The notes beneath the pieces are model-generated. The model had not been told where the DNA came from and ran no database searches. It worked only from the letters and a program-made list of their open reading frames with translations. This document shows positions 10,330 through 17,791 of a stretch of DNA of 64,000 nucleotides, piece by piece. The position numbers were made by a program, and so were the translations under genes. This DNA is from Patescibacteria group bacterium (GTDB taxonomy: Bacteria > Patescibacteriota > Minisyncoccia > Phycocordibacterales > Phycocordibacteraceae). The DNA is taken from contig JBBTXR010000001.1 in assembly GCA_038062175.1 (NCBI GenBank), positions 9,420 through 73,419 of the forward strand, in the 5' to 3' direction. Numbering within the stretch: the stretch's first letter is position 1; each line of letters begins with the position of its first letter.

Positions 10330-10381
10330 GACATCCTAAAGGACAGGTTATACACATCCATGTCCTTTACTCTGTCCTATA
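10325..10381. repeat. Symmetric double inverted repeat with a central DnaA-box-like 9-mer
   Basis: TATAGGACA-3-TAAAGGACA-15-TGTCCTTTA-3-TGTCCTATA, with TTATACACA at 10348-10356. Confidence 0.7.
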
Positions 10382-10561
10382 GAAACCCTAGTATTATCTA
10401 TGGACGTGGGGCGTCGAGCATCTTTCCAAGATAGAACGGCGCAGCCACGCTTCGATGGTTGTTCTTTGCTAGCTCTTTTCAGATCAAACGCATAACGTAA
10501 GGTTCAGGACCTCCCAACGAACTCCGGAGCGTATCTCCCAAAATAAAAACGGGTTAGGTCC

Positions 10562-11685
10562 GGTTCCACGTGAAAGCGTACACAAGAAGCATCATGCGAA
10601 ACGCGATCCCCGCTTTTCTCCAGTAGGACACTCACATAGCCCCAAGCCCCATTTATCGTCCTACACAAAACGGATCGCAAAGTAGCCAACGTTCGTCAAA
10701 GGGCCTCGTCTTTAGCTCGGAACTTCGATTCTAAGCTGAAAACGAGGCCCTTTCTTATATCCTTTCACGTGAAATGTTGCTTTTAGGCCATTTCACGTGA
10801 AAGACCTAGGATACGTGGTGTTTCTTGAGGATTTCTTGAACTTCCCTCTCCTCCTCCATTTCCTGTCGTTTTTTACCCGAATCCCCTAATTCTTTGAGTT
10901 CCTGATCATTAAGTGCAAGTAACTCATTTGTGCGTGCATCTAGGTATTCCTCAGTGTTCTTCTTTGGGTCCTCAAGTACTTCCTCAAGCAGTGCATGGAG
11001 AATATGACCGATCCTGGGGCCAGGTTGCACATGAAACTGAGTCATAATCCGGTTTCCATCGGTCCTGAGCATGGCTACGGAGATTGGATCCCGGAGCGCC
11101 TCCTCGACCATAGCCTTGTATCGGCGGAATCTAAATGGTTGTTCCTTTGGTCGTCCGGTACCAATACGGTCGCAGATCCGGAGATTGAGAAGATCCCATA
11201 TGTTCTCCTCTCCCACATTAGCGATCATTCTCCTCACGGCTGAGAGGGTAATCTGGTCTGGATCTGAGAAAAACATGTGCCAGCGAACCATTTTGCTCAC
11301 TTTCTCAATTGTTTCCCGTGAAAAGCGTAGATCCTCAAGCGCCTTCTTGGTCACTCGTGAGCCAACAACCTCATGTCCGTGGAAGGTCCAGTCTCTTTTC
11401 TCGTCAGACCAATAGCGAGTCTCAGGCTTTGCGACATCATGGAAGAGGGCAGAGAGCCGGATATCAAGTGGCCAGCCCTTATCAGCTGCATGCTGGAGGG
11501 CACGCATATTGTGCTCGAATACGTCGTAGCTATGAGCTTGGTTCTGATCCACGCCGATACCACGGATAAGGTCAGGGGCGATATATTCAAGGATCCCAAG
11601 CCGATGGGCCATAACCAGAGCAATCATTGGCTGATCTGACTCAAGAATGCGTACGAACTCATCCTTAATCCTTTCACGTGAAATG
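10562..11685. other. Cluster of parS-like palindromes
   Basis: GGTTCCACGTGAAAGC 10562, CCTTTCACGTGAAATG 10761 and 11670, CATTTCACGTGAAAGA 10789, TGTTTCCCGTGAAAAG 11310. Consensus is TGTTTCACGTGAAACA. Confidence 0.7.
10698..10753. terminator. Long bidirectional hairpin/terminator downstream of cca
   Basis: AAAGGGCCTCGT...ACGAGGCCCTTT with an extended inner stem. Confidence 0.75.
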
Positions 11686-12269
11686 TGCTTGAGGTTACCA
11701 GCCTTTGTTTGAATAGCTGCAGCAGTATCAGTATCGAGCGCGAAGCCTAGTTCAGCCATCAAGCGGACTGCACGCATAAGACGGAGACCATCCTCCTCAA
11801 ATCGAGCTTCAGGATTACCTACTGTCCTTAATACCCGAATCTCAATGTCCGTTTGTCCTTTATAAGGGTCAACCAATTGTCCTTTAGAATCCTCAAGGGC
11901 AATGGCGTTAATGGTGAAGTCGCGGCGGGCGAGATCGTCCTCAAGACTGTCCCCAAAGCTAACTTCATCCGGGCGTCGCTTATCTGAATATCCCGTCTCC
12001 GTGCGGTAGGGAGTAACCTCAACCACAGCTAGCCGCGGATCCTCAGATTCGGTCTTTACGCCGACTGTCCCGAAGTCGTTTTCATAGAAGGAGTTAGGGA
12101 AGATCCTCTGAATGTCTTCAGGCTTTGCGTTAGTGGTCACGTCCCAGTCCTTAGGGGTGCGATCAAGAACTAGGTCGCGAACACAGCCGCCAACTAGATA
12201 TGCCTCGTAGCCTTCCTTGCGGAGCCCGTCAGTGACAGCCTGTACCTCAGGCGGAATAGGGAAGTGCAT
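10806..12269 (-). CDS. cca: CCA-adding tRNA nucleotidyltransferase with HD domain
   Basis: YLVGGCVRD, DWD, RRDFTINA, LFHDVAKP motifs. None of the four tRNA genes here encodes CCA. Confidence 0.92.
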   Translation of the reverse strand: MHFPIPPEVQAVTDGLRKEGYEAYLVGGCVRDLVLDRTPKDWDVTTNAKPEDIQRIFPNSFYENDFGTVGVKTESEDPRLAVVEVTPYRTETGYSDKRRPDEVSFGDSLEDDLARRDFTINAIALEDSKGQLVDPYKGQTDIEIRVLRTVGNPEARFEEDGLRLMRAVRLMAELGFALDTDTAAAIQTKAGNLKHISRERIKDEFVRILESDQPMIALVMAHRLGILEYIAPDLIRGIGVDQNQAHSYDVFEHNMRALQHAADKGWPLDIRLSALFHDVAKPETRYWSDEKRDWTFHGHEVVGSRVTKKALEDLRFSRETIEKVSKMVRWHMFFSDPDQITLSAVRRMIANVGEENIWDLLNLRICDRIGTGRPKEQPFRFRRYKAMVEEALRDPISVAMLRTDGNRIMTQFHVQPGPRIGHILHALLEEVLEDPKKNTEEYLDARTNELLALNDQELKELGDSGKKRQEMEEEREVQEILKKHHVS

Positions 12270-12323
12270 ACACAAATGCTAGCACAACGCGCCAACTGAA
12301 CCATGATATCCTATGTACATATC

Positions 12324-13001
12324 ATGAAAGCAAAGGTTTTAGAGAAGGAGAAGGCAATACTGCTTCGCAAGCAGGGGATGAGCTACAAAGATATCCTTGC
12401 TCAAATCCCCGTGGCAAAGAGCTCGCTCTCAATGTGGCTTCAAGATTTACCGCTAACAGAAGAGGAGAAGCATAATTTGAAGCGGAGGAAGGACGGTAAT
12501 ATTTCCCGTGGAAGAATTCGAGCGGCAACTTCACTGCATAGGTTGCGCGAGGCGAGGGATAGTGATCTTTACGAAATCTGTAGGAAAGAATTTGCGCAGT
12601 TTGCGCACGATCCATTTTTTCAAGTCGGGATATCTCTTTATTGGGCAGAGGGGGCGAAGAGAAGCTCTAATTTTGGCTTCACCAATTCTGATCCTGAAAT
12701 GGTCATGGTAATGATCAGGTGGATCAATAAATACCTCGATATTAAGACAAGTGATTTACGCTTACGTCTGTATACACATCGTCCTTTTGCATCTGAGAAT
12801 CAAGAAGAATATTGGGCTAAAGAAACGGGTATACCTCGGCAAAATTTCGGCAAAACTGTATATAAACCCACCGGACTACTCGTAAAAAAGAGACCAAACT
12901 ATAAAGGATGTATAAGAATTGAAATAGGAAAAGTGCTTTATCTACGTAAAATGCTCTTCTGGCAGCGTCTTCTGATTGAATACTATAGAAAAGAGCGCTA
13001 A
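12324..13001 (+). CDS. HTH plus LAGLIDADG-like protein abutting the tRNA cluster
   Basis: N-terminal HTH (LRKQGMSY..I...VAKSSLS.W), then LYWAEG and FTNSDP motifs. Confidence 0.65.
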   Translation: MKAKVLEKEKAILLRKQGMSYKDILAQIPVAKSSLSMWLQDLPLTEEEKHNLKRRKDGNISRGRIRAATSLHRLREARDSDLYEICRKEFAQFAHDPFFQVGISLYWAEGAKRSSNFGFTNSDPEMVMVMIRWINKYLDIKTSDLRLRLYTHRPFASENQEEYWAKETGIPRQNFGKTVYKPTGLLVKKRPNYKGCIRIEIGKVLYLRKMLFWQRLLIEYYRKER

Positions 13002-13012
13002 GGTTCAGGAAG

Positions 13013-13085
13013 GCGCCTGTAGCTCAACGGATAGAGCACTTGCCTTCGAAGCAAGGGGTTGGGGGTTCGAGTCCCTCCGGGCGCA
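13013..13085 (+). tRNA. tRNA-Arg(TCG)
   Basis: Cloverleaf. Anticodon arm CTTGC-CTTCGAA-GCAAG, GGTTCGAGTCC T arm, no encoded CCA. Confidence 0.95.
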
Positions 13086-13126
13086 CTAGAAAGAAAGGTG
13101 GCTCTCGTGCTAGTATTTCGAACGAA

Positions 13127-13197
13127 GCGGCTATAGTTTAGTGGTAGAACGGGACCTTGCCAAGGTTCAGATTCGGGTTCGATTCCCGGTAGCCGCA
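13127..13197 (+). tRNA. tRNA-Gly(GCC)
   Basis: GCGGCTA/TAGCCGC acceptor stem, loop TTGCCAA, GGTTCGATTCC. Confidence 0.95.
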
Positions 13198-13203
13198 CAG
13201 GTA

Positions 13204-13231
13204 GCAAAACAGCCCGAAAGGGCTGTTTTGC
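13204..13231. terminator. Terminator after the tRNA pair
   Basis: GCAAAACAGCCC-GAAA-GGGCTGTTTTGC. Confidence 0.85.
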
Positions 13232-13379
13232 GTTGGGGACAAAGGTGTTAGTACTGGGGATAAAGGACATAGGACATTACAGAAGAAACTCATCAATGTC
13301 CGCGAAATACTAAGTAAATACAGCGTATTTCTAATTAGATCTTCTTATCCACCTCTCGGACCTTTTCCACACTAGTTTG

Positions 13380-13450
13380 TCGGGGTGCGGAGAATTGAAC
13401 TCCGTCTATCTGCTCCCAAAGCAGACGTACTACCGGTATACGACACCCCG
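13380..13450 (-). tRNA. tRNA-Pro(TGG)
   Basis: Minus strand CGGGGTG...TCTGC-TTTGGGA-GCAGA...GTTCAATTC..CACCCCGA. Confidence 0.95.
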
Positions 13451-13472
13451 AATGGAGAGAGAATACCACAGA

Positions 13473-14534
13473 TTATCGACTAAGTTCACGTACTAGGAGA
13501 ATTCCAAGGCGCTTTGAGTCATCGGTGAACACCTCTACAAAGTCTTTGGTCTTCCCGTTCTTGAAGTAGCTATCAAAATCCTCACCGCTATCCGCCTTAA
13601 AACTAGCTCGCATATGCGCAACAGTGACTGCGCGCGTTTCGCGGCTCGCAATGTCCCCAGTCTGTGTGCTGGTGGTGACAATCCCCACAAGCTCGCCTCG
13701 TCCGTTAGCTACAGCGCCTCCAGAAGAACCCTGCTGGGAGGCTGCACTTCCGGTGAGTGCAAGAAGATCGATTCTGCCGTTGTCGAAGCTGAATCGGTTC
13801 TTTACCTTGGCCAATACAAGGGTGGGGAAGAGAGAGCTTTGAATTTGCTTTGAAGATAGGGCTTGCGCGCCGTAGGTGCCAAGGGCGAGTTCCGTGCCCT
13901 GGGCAGTTTCTCCCTTAGTAAGCGGCATGTATGCAAAGCTTCCGGGGAGCGGAAGCGGTGTAGCGCTCTGGGTTATCGCGAGCACCGCAAAATCATGCTC
14001 TCCGGTGCCTTTGGCACCTAGAGACGCAAGAGTGCGCGGGTTAGCTGCTACCCACTGACTAGATACATACACCGGCTCAGCCTTATACGCAGCCTGTGCA
14101 GGGCTTCCAGTCCGTACGGTGCAGCTTATTGCTCCTTCAGGAAGCGCGTCACGGACAAGGTAGTACTGAGCAATATGGCTATTGGTCAGAATAAGTCCTT
14201 TAGAATCGAAAATGACCCCACTCCCGCTCATGGAGCGCACCTTAGGGTCCTTCGAGGTGCAGATAATGTTTACGATGGCTCCTCGGAGCTTGGTAAGTGT
14301 GATGCCAAGGTCCGACTCAGGGGCTTTGGGGAGCAGTGGAGCCAACGCTGAAGGAACGGATGGCTTAGTAGGTGTCAGTGGCTTTATAGGCGCTACAGGA
14401 ACGCTTGAGGTGGCAACCGGACCAAAGAGACCGGTTACTTGTGGGGTGGAACTGCCCATCTGTATCCCATAAAGCGAATTAAGGGTGATGATGAGGGCTG
14501 AAAGCGCCGAGATGACACCCTGGAGAGCAGGCAT
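13473..14534 (-). CDS. Secreted trypsin-like serine protease
   Basis: GSGVI, LTNSH, HDFAVL, QGSSGG triad motifs. N-terminal hydrophobic segment. Confidence 0.85.
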   Translation of the reverse strand: MPALQGVISALSALIITLNSLYGIQMGSSTPQVTGLFGPVATSSVPVAPIKPLTPTKPSVPSALAPLLPKAPESDLGITLTKLRGAIVNIICTSKDPKVRSMSGSGVIFDSKGLILTNSHIAQYYLVRDALPEGAISCTVRTGSPAQAAYKAEPVYVSSQWVAANPRTLASLGAKGTGEHDFAVLAITQSATPLPLPGSFAYMPLTKGETAQGTELALGTYGAQALSSKQIQSSLFPTLVLAKVKNRFSFDNGRIDLLALTGSAASQQGSSGGAVANGRGELVGIVTTSTQTGDIASRETRAVTVAHMRASFKADSGEDFDSYFKNGKTKDFVEVFTDDSKRLGILLVRELSR

Positions 14535-14602
14535 ATCTAAACGCTACACTGGAGCTGCTTAAAAATACAGAGCAGAAGGTATTATGGTATTCTCCTACCG
14601 AA

Positions 14603-14673
14603 GCGGGGTTAGTTTAATGGTAGAACAGTAGGTTTCCAACCTTCTAGCAGGAGTTCGATTCTCCTACCCCGCA
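14603..14673 (+). tRNA. tRNA-Gly(TCC)
   Basis: GCGGGGT/ACCCCGC acceptor stem, loop TTTCCAA, GTTCGATTC. One U-U mismatch in the anticodon stem. Confidence 0.93.
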
Positions 14674-14676
14674 CAT

Positions 14677-15555
14677 TTAGATGGCGACCGATATTTTAAT
14701 GTGAGGATGAGATTGATACCCATCAAGACGAGTATCTGTGTGTGCCCACGTCAGCACTGAAACTGGTTGCGATGTAGAAGTGCGCGGTAATGCAGAATGC
14801 GGCTCTCGAGAAAGTATCTCATCCGCTTGATCTTCATGCGTAACGTAAAGCTCCACATTTCCAAAGAAGGCTGTGACCGTACCAGGAATATAACCAGTCT
14901 CCTGCGCAAGGAGATGGAGAAGGAGTGCATATTGAGCGAGGTCGAAAGGGAATCCCAGCATGATATCTATCGACCTTTGGAAGAGAAATAGATGCATTGT
15001 GTTCTCGAATACGCTTACTTTAAACGCGAACGGACAGGGTGGGATTGCCTGTTGAGTAAGGTGCTGAGGGTTCCAACAACTTACCACCATTCGCTTACTA
15101 TTCGGATCGGTCTTAATCGTCTCCAGAAGCCAGGTGATCTGATCAACTCCTTGGCCGGAATAGTCATTTGCATATCCCTCGTACTTCGCTCCAAAGTGTC
15201 GCCATTCAAATCCGTAGAGCGGACCGAGATCCCTTTCTTCATGCATGCGACGTCTTGTCGCGGCATCGCGCGCGTAGGGTACGAGCGATGGATTACACCA
15301 CTCGTCCCAGATATGATTTCCGCGCTCCTGTAACCACCGCTTGTCAGTAATACCTTGAAGATTGAATTCGAGCTCTGAAGCTATGAGATGGAAAGGGATA
15401 GTGCGCAGGGTGGTAAGCGGAAAGCCCTCAGAAAGATCGTGCACGAACGTTGCTCCAGGAAGCATGTGTGCATCGACACCAGACCGAGTCGACTTTATGG
15501 GAGCATGACGCACTTCGCTAAGAAGGCTTTGATATTTGAAATCAAAGGAGCTCAT
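14677..15555 (-). CDS. Thymidylate-synthase homologue with cytidylate-type active site (putative (d)CMP C5-methylase or hydroxymethylase)
   Basis: TS motifs HIWDEW, DLGPLYG, WNP, PPC, QRS.D..LG.PF are present. It has PFD instead of PFN, PPCP instead of PPCH, and ELY instead of HLY. Confidence 0.85.
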   Translation of the reverse strand: MSSFDFKYQSLLSEVRHAPIKSTRSGVDAHMLPGATFVHDLSEGFPLTTLRTIPFHLIASELEFNLQGITDKRWLQERGNHIWDEWCNPSLVPYARDAATRRRMHEERDLGPLYGFEWRHFGAKYEGYANDYSGQGVDQITWLLETIKTDPNSKRMVVSCWNPQHLTQQAIPPCPFAFKVSVFENTMHLFLFQRSIDIMLGFPFDLAQYALLLHLLAQETGYIPGTVTAFFGNVELYVTHEDQADEILSREPHSALPRTSTSQPVSVLTWAHTDTRLDGYQSHPHIKISVAI

Positions 15556-16844
15556 GACTTCCTTGGACGAATCTTATAGTTACGGGTATCTGCGATTGTG
15601 TCCTCATTATCAAGCGTAATGATCTCGTAGACATAACCATAGTGTTCTAGACCCTTCTTGAGGAGTTCAAGCGAATCGAGATCCTTATTCGAGAAGTTGA
15701 GATAGATCACACCCTTTGGACTCAGGTAATCCTTAGCTGACTGCAGGAATTTGGTGAGTACGCTCTCGTCGTCTCCTTGCGTCTTGAATGCGTGCGCAAG
15801 GCTCACATCGGTCTTCTTCAGTCGTTCGTTATGGAAGGGAGGATTGAAGTAGATGATGTCGAAGTATCCCTTATAGATCGAAGGTATTTTCTCGAACAGG
15901 CTACTTTCAAAGACAACACCCTTATCTGCGTGCTTTGAATGATCGAGATTGTACTTTGCGTTTGCGACTGCAGTTGGATTGATATCGCTCATTACCACTT
16001 CCTTTGCATCAGCATCAAGCGCGACTAGACCCATAGCGCCATGGCCACAGGCAAGATCGAGTACTTTCTTGCCGCGTGCAGTGGTGCGCACGAACTGAGC
16101 GAACAGACGGGATGATCGAAATCGATTCGAAGGATATACGCCAGGGAACACGGTCATGACGAGCTTCTCAAAGCAGATCAGATAATTCGAAGTGTTCTTA
16201 AGGATGTGTTGGTAAATCTGCTCTGATGTAAGTGCGGGATAGAAGGTGGGTGGGTAGTAATCCCTTTCGACCAAGCTATCGAAGTAATCGATGACGATGC
16301 GTGCTGCCTCATCCCCATCTTTCGCATAGAAGAGGGGAGTGTGGTCTTCATGCATGAGGTTCTCAGCGATGAACGAATCGATAAGGTTCTTGTATCGATC
16401 AAAGTAATCCCCAACCAGAACAGTCGGTTTATCGCACTCCTTGAGGATGTTTAGGATATGTACCTCCAGAATCTCGTGGAAGGTACCCACGGCACCCGGT
16501 AGAGCGATGTAAGCGTCTCCAAGCTCGATAAGCCTGCGCTGTCGGTCATGATGATCGGTATAGGCCTCGTACTCATCCAGATAGGCATGCGGTTTGGGAT
16601 CGTGGTTCGCAAGAGCGATACCGAATACATGGCCACCGGCTTTCTTAGTTGCCTTCGCGACGACGCCCATGAGGCCGGATGAGCTCCCGCCATTGTTTAT
16701 GCCGAATCCTGCCTCACTCAGATTCCTGGCCACCGTCTCAGCATCCCGAATGTAGAGCGGGTTTGTGGTCTCATTGCGACTTGAGAATACGGTCGCCCGC
16801 GGGGTATACCCCGACTTCGTTTTCTTCAATGCGATATTTGTCAT
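15552..16844 (-). CDS. Fusion of LOG/SLOG nucleotide phosphoribohydrolase and class I SAM methyltransferase (NPPF type)
   Basis: N-terminal GG.SGLMG, R...I...DAYIALPGAVGTFHE. C-terminal VLDLACGHG, DINP, DIIYFNPPF. ATGA overlap with the TS-like gene. Confidence 0.85.
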   Translation of the reverse strand: MTNIALKKTKSGYTPRATVFSSRNETTNPLYIRDAETVARNLSEAGFGINNGGSSSGLMGVVAKATKKAGGHVFGIALANHDPKPHAYLDEYEAYTDHHDRQRRLIELGDAYIALPGAVGTFHEILEVHILNILKECDKPTVLVGDYFDRYKNLIDSFIAENLMHEDHTPLFYAKDGDEAARIVIDYFDSLVERDYYPPTFYPALTSEQIYQHILKNTSNYLICFEKLVMTVFPGVYPSNRFRSSRLFAQFVRTTARGKKVLDLACGHGAMGLVALDADAKEVVMSDINPTAVANAKYNLDHSKHADKGVVFESSLFEKIPSIYKGYFDIIYFNPPFHNERLKKTDVSLAHAFKTQGDDESVLTKFLQSAKDYLSPKGVIYLNFSNKDLDSLELLKKGLEHYGYVYEIITLDNEDTIADTRNYKIRPRKS

Positions 16845-16851
16845 ATGCGCA

Positions 16852-16928
16852 AAAGTATTGTCTAACTAGCTCTGCCTGTCAAACACTGTCAGACAGTAGT
16901 TGACAACATGTCCGAACAGACTTACATT
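16852..16928. promoter_or_regulatory. Divergent promoters overlapping a palindromic operator
   Basis: TGTCAA-AC-ACTGTC-A-GACAGT-AG-TTGACA (16877-16905). Plus strand TTGACA-17-TACATT, minus strand TTGACA...AATACT/TACTTT. Confidence 0.8.
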
Positions 16929-16934
16929 TTGAGT

Positions 16935-17696
16935 ATGGAATTGAATAAGGCGCTAGAAACGCTCGGGTTTTCAGCTAAGGAAATACAGGTCTATTTGACC
17001 GTTCTTAAGCTCGGGAAGACAACCCCTGCTGAGGTCGCAAAGATCACCAAGATTGGGCGCCCAACGGTCTACAACATCGCCAAAAGCCTCCTAACAAAAG
17101 GGGTTATAGCTGAAGACAAGGCAGATTCAGTCCTTCATTTGGTTGCACTTCCACCTGAAGGACTTAAGGCTTCGCTCGAACAAACCAGGGTAGAGCTTGC
17201 AAAACGTGAGGAAATCATTGAGGAGACGATCGAACAACTCGCAGTTATGCGTTCGGAGGATACCTACCCAGTCCCAAAGCTCCGTTTTATAGAAGAAGGA
17301 GAGCTACGGGACCATCTCTTTCAAAATGCAGTGAAATGGAACGAGAGCACGCTCGGTAAGGACGGTGTCTGGTATGGGTTTCAGGACCACAGTTTTGTTG
17401 AGAACTATGCCGATTGGATTGACTGGACCGTGAGGAAATTCAAGGATACGGATTATAAAGTACGCCTTTTTAGTAACGCGTCGAAGATCGAAGAGCGACT
17501 TGAGGGCAAGATTCCTACACGAACCATTAAGTTCCTTAAGGATTCACGCTTTACAGCAACTACCTGGGTCGTCGGAGACTATCTGGTTATGATTTCATCA
17601 CGAAAATCACCCTTTTATCTCGTGGAAATCCACGATGCCCTCATGGCAGAGAATATGAGGGAGGTGTTTAAGAATATGTGGGCGGTAAGCGAATAG
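16935..17696 (+). CDS. TrmB-family transcriptional regulator (wHTH plus effector-binding domain)
   Basis: LETLGFSAKEIQVYL..L..G..T..EVAK.TKIGRPTVY..L..KG wHTH signature. Confidence 0.88.
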   Translation: MELNKALETLGFSAKEIQVYLTVLKLGKTTPAEVAKITKIGRPTVYNIAKSLLTKGVIAEDKADSVLHLVALPPEGLKASLEQTRVELAKREEIIEETIEQLAVMRSEDTYPVPKLRFIEEGELRDHLFQNAVKWNESTLGKDGVWYGFQDHSFVENYADWIDWTVRKFKDTDYKVRLFSNASKIEERLEGKIPTRTIKFLKDSRFTATTWVVGDYLVMISSRKSPFYLVEIHDALMAENMREVFKNMWAVSE

Positions 17697-17791
17697 GCCT
17701 TGAAATCAGAGTTCTTCATTGATTCTCCAGGGATTTGTTGTAATGTCCGTAGTAGGACTAGGGCGAAAGATTAATAAATGGCTTATTTACT

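Noticed and set aside
10400-10495. 31-aa ORF MDVGRRASFQ...
   Set aside because: No SD, no recognisable features, and it overlaps a candidate structured region.
10498-13010. 12-bp direct repeat TAAGGTTCAGGA at 10498 and 12999
   Set aside because: A single short match that plausibly arises by chance. The enclosed cca gene is core.
14658-17740. attL/attR duplication of the tRNA-Gly 3' end bounding the TS-LOG-TrmB module
   Set aside because: Only an 8-bp match (GATTCTCC at 17731) and no adjacent integrase. Not significant.
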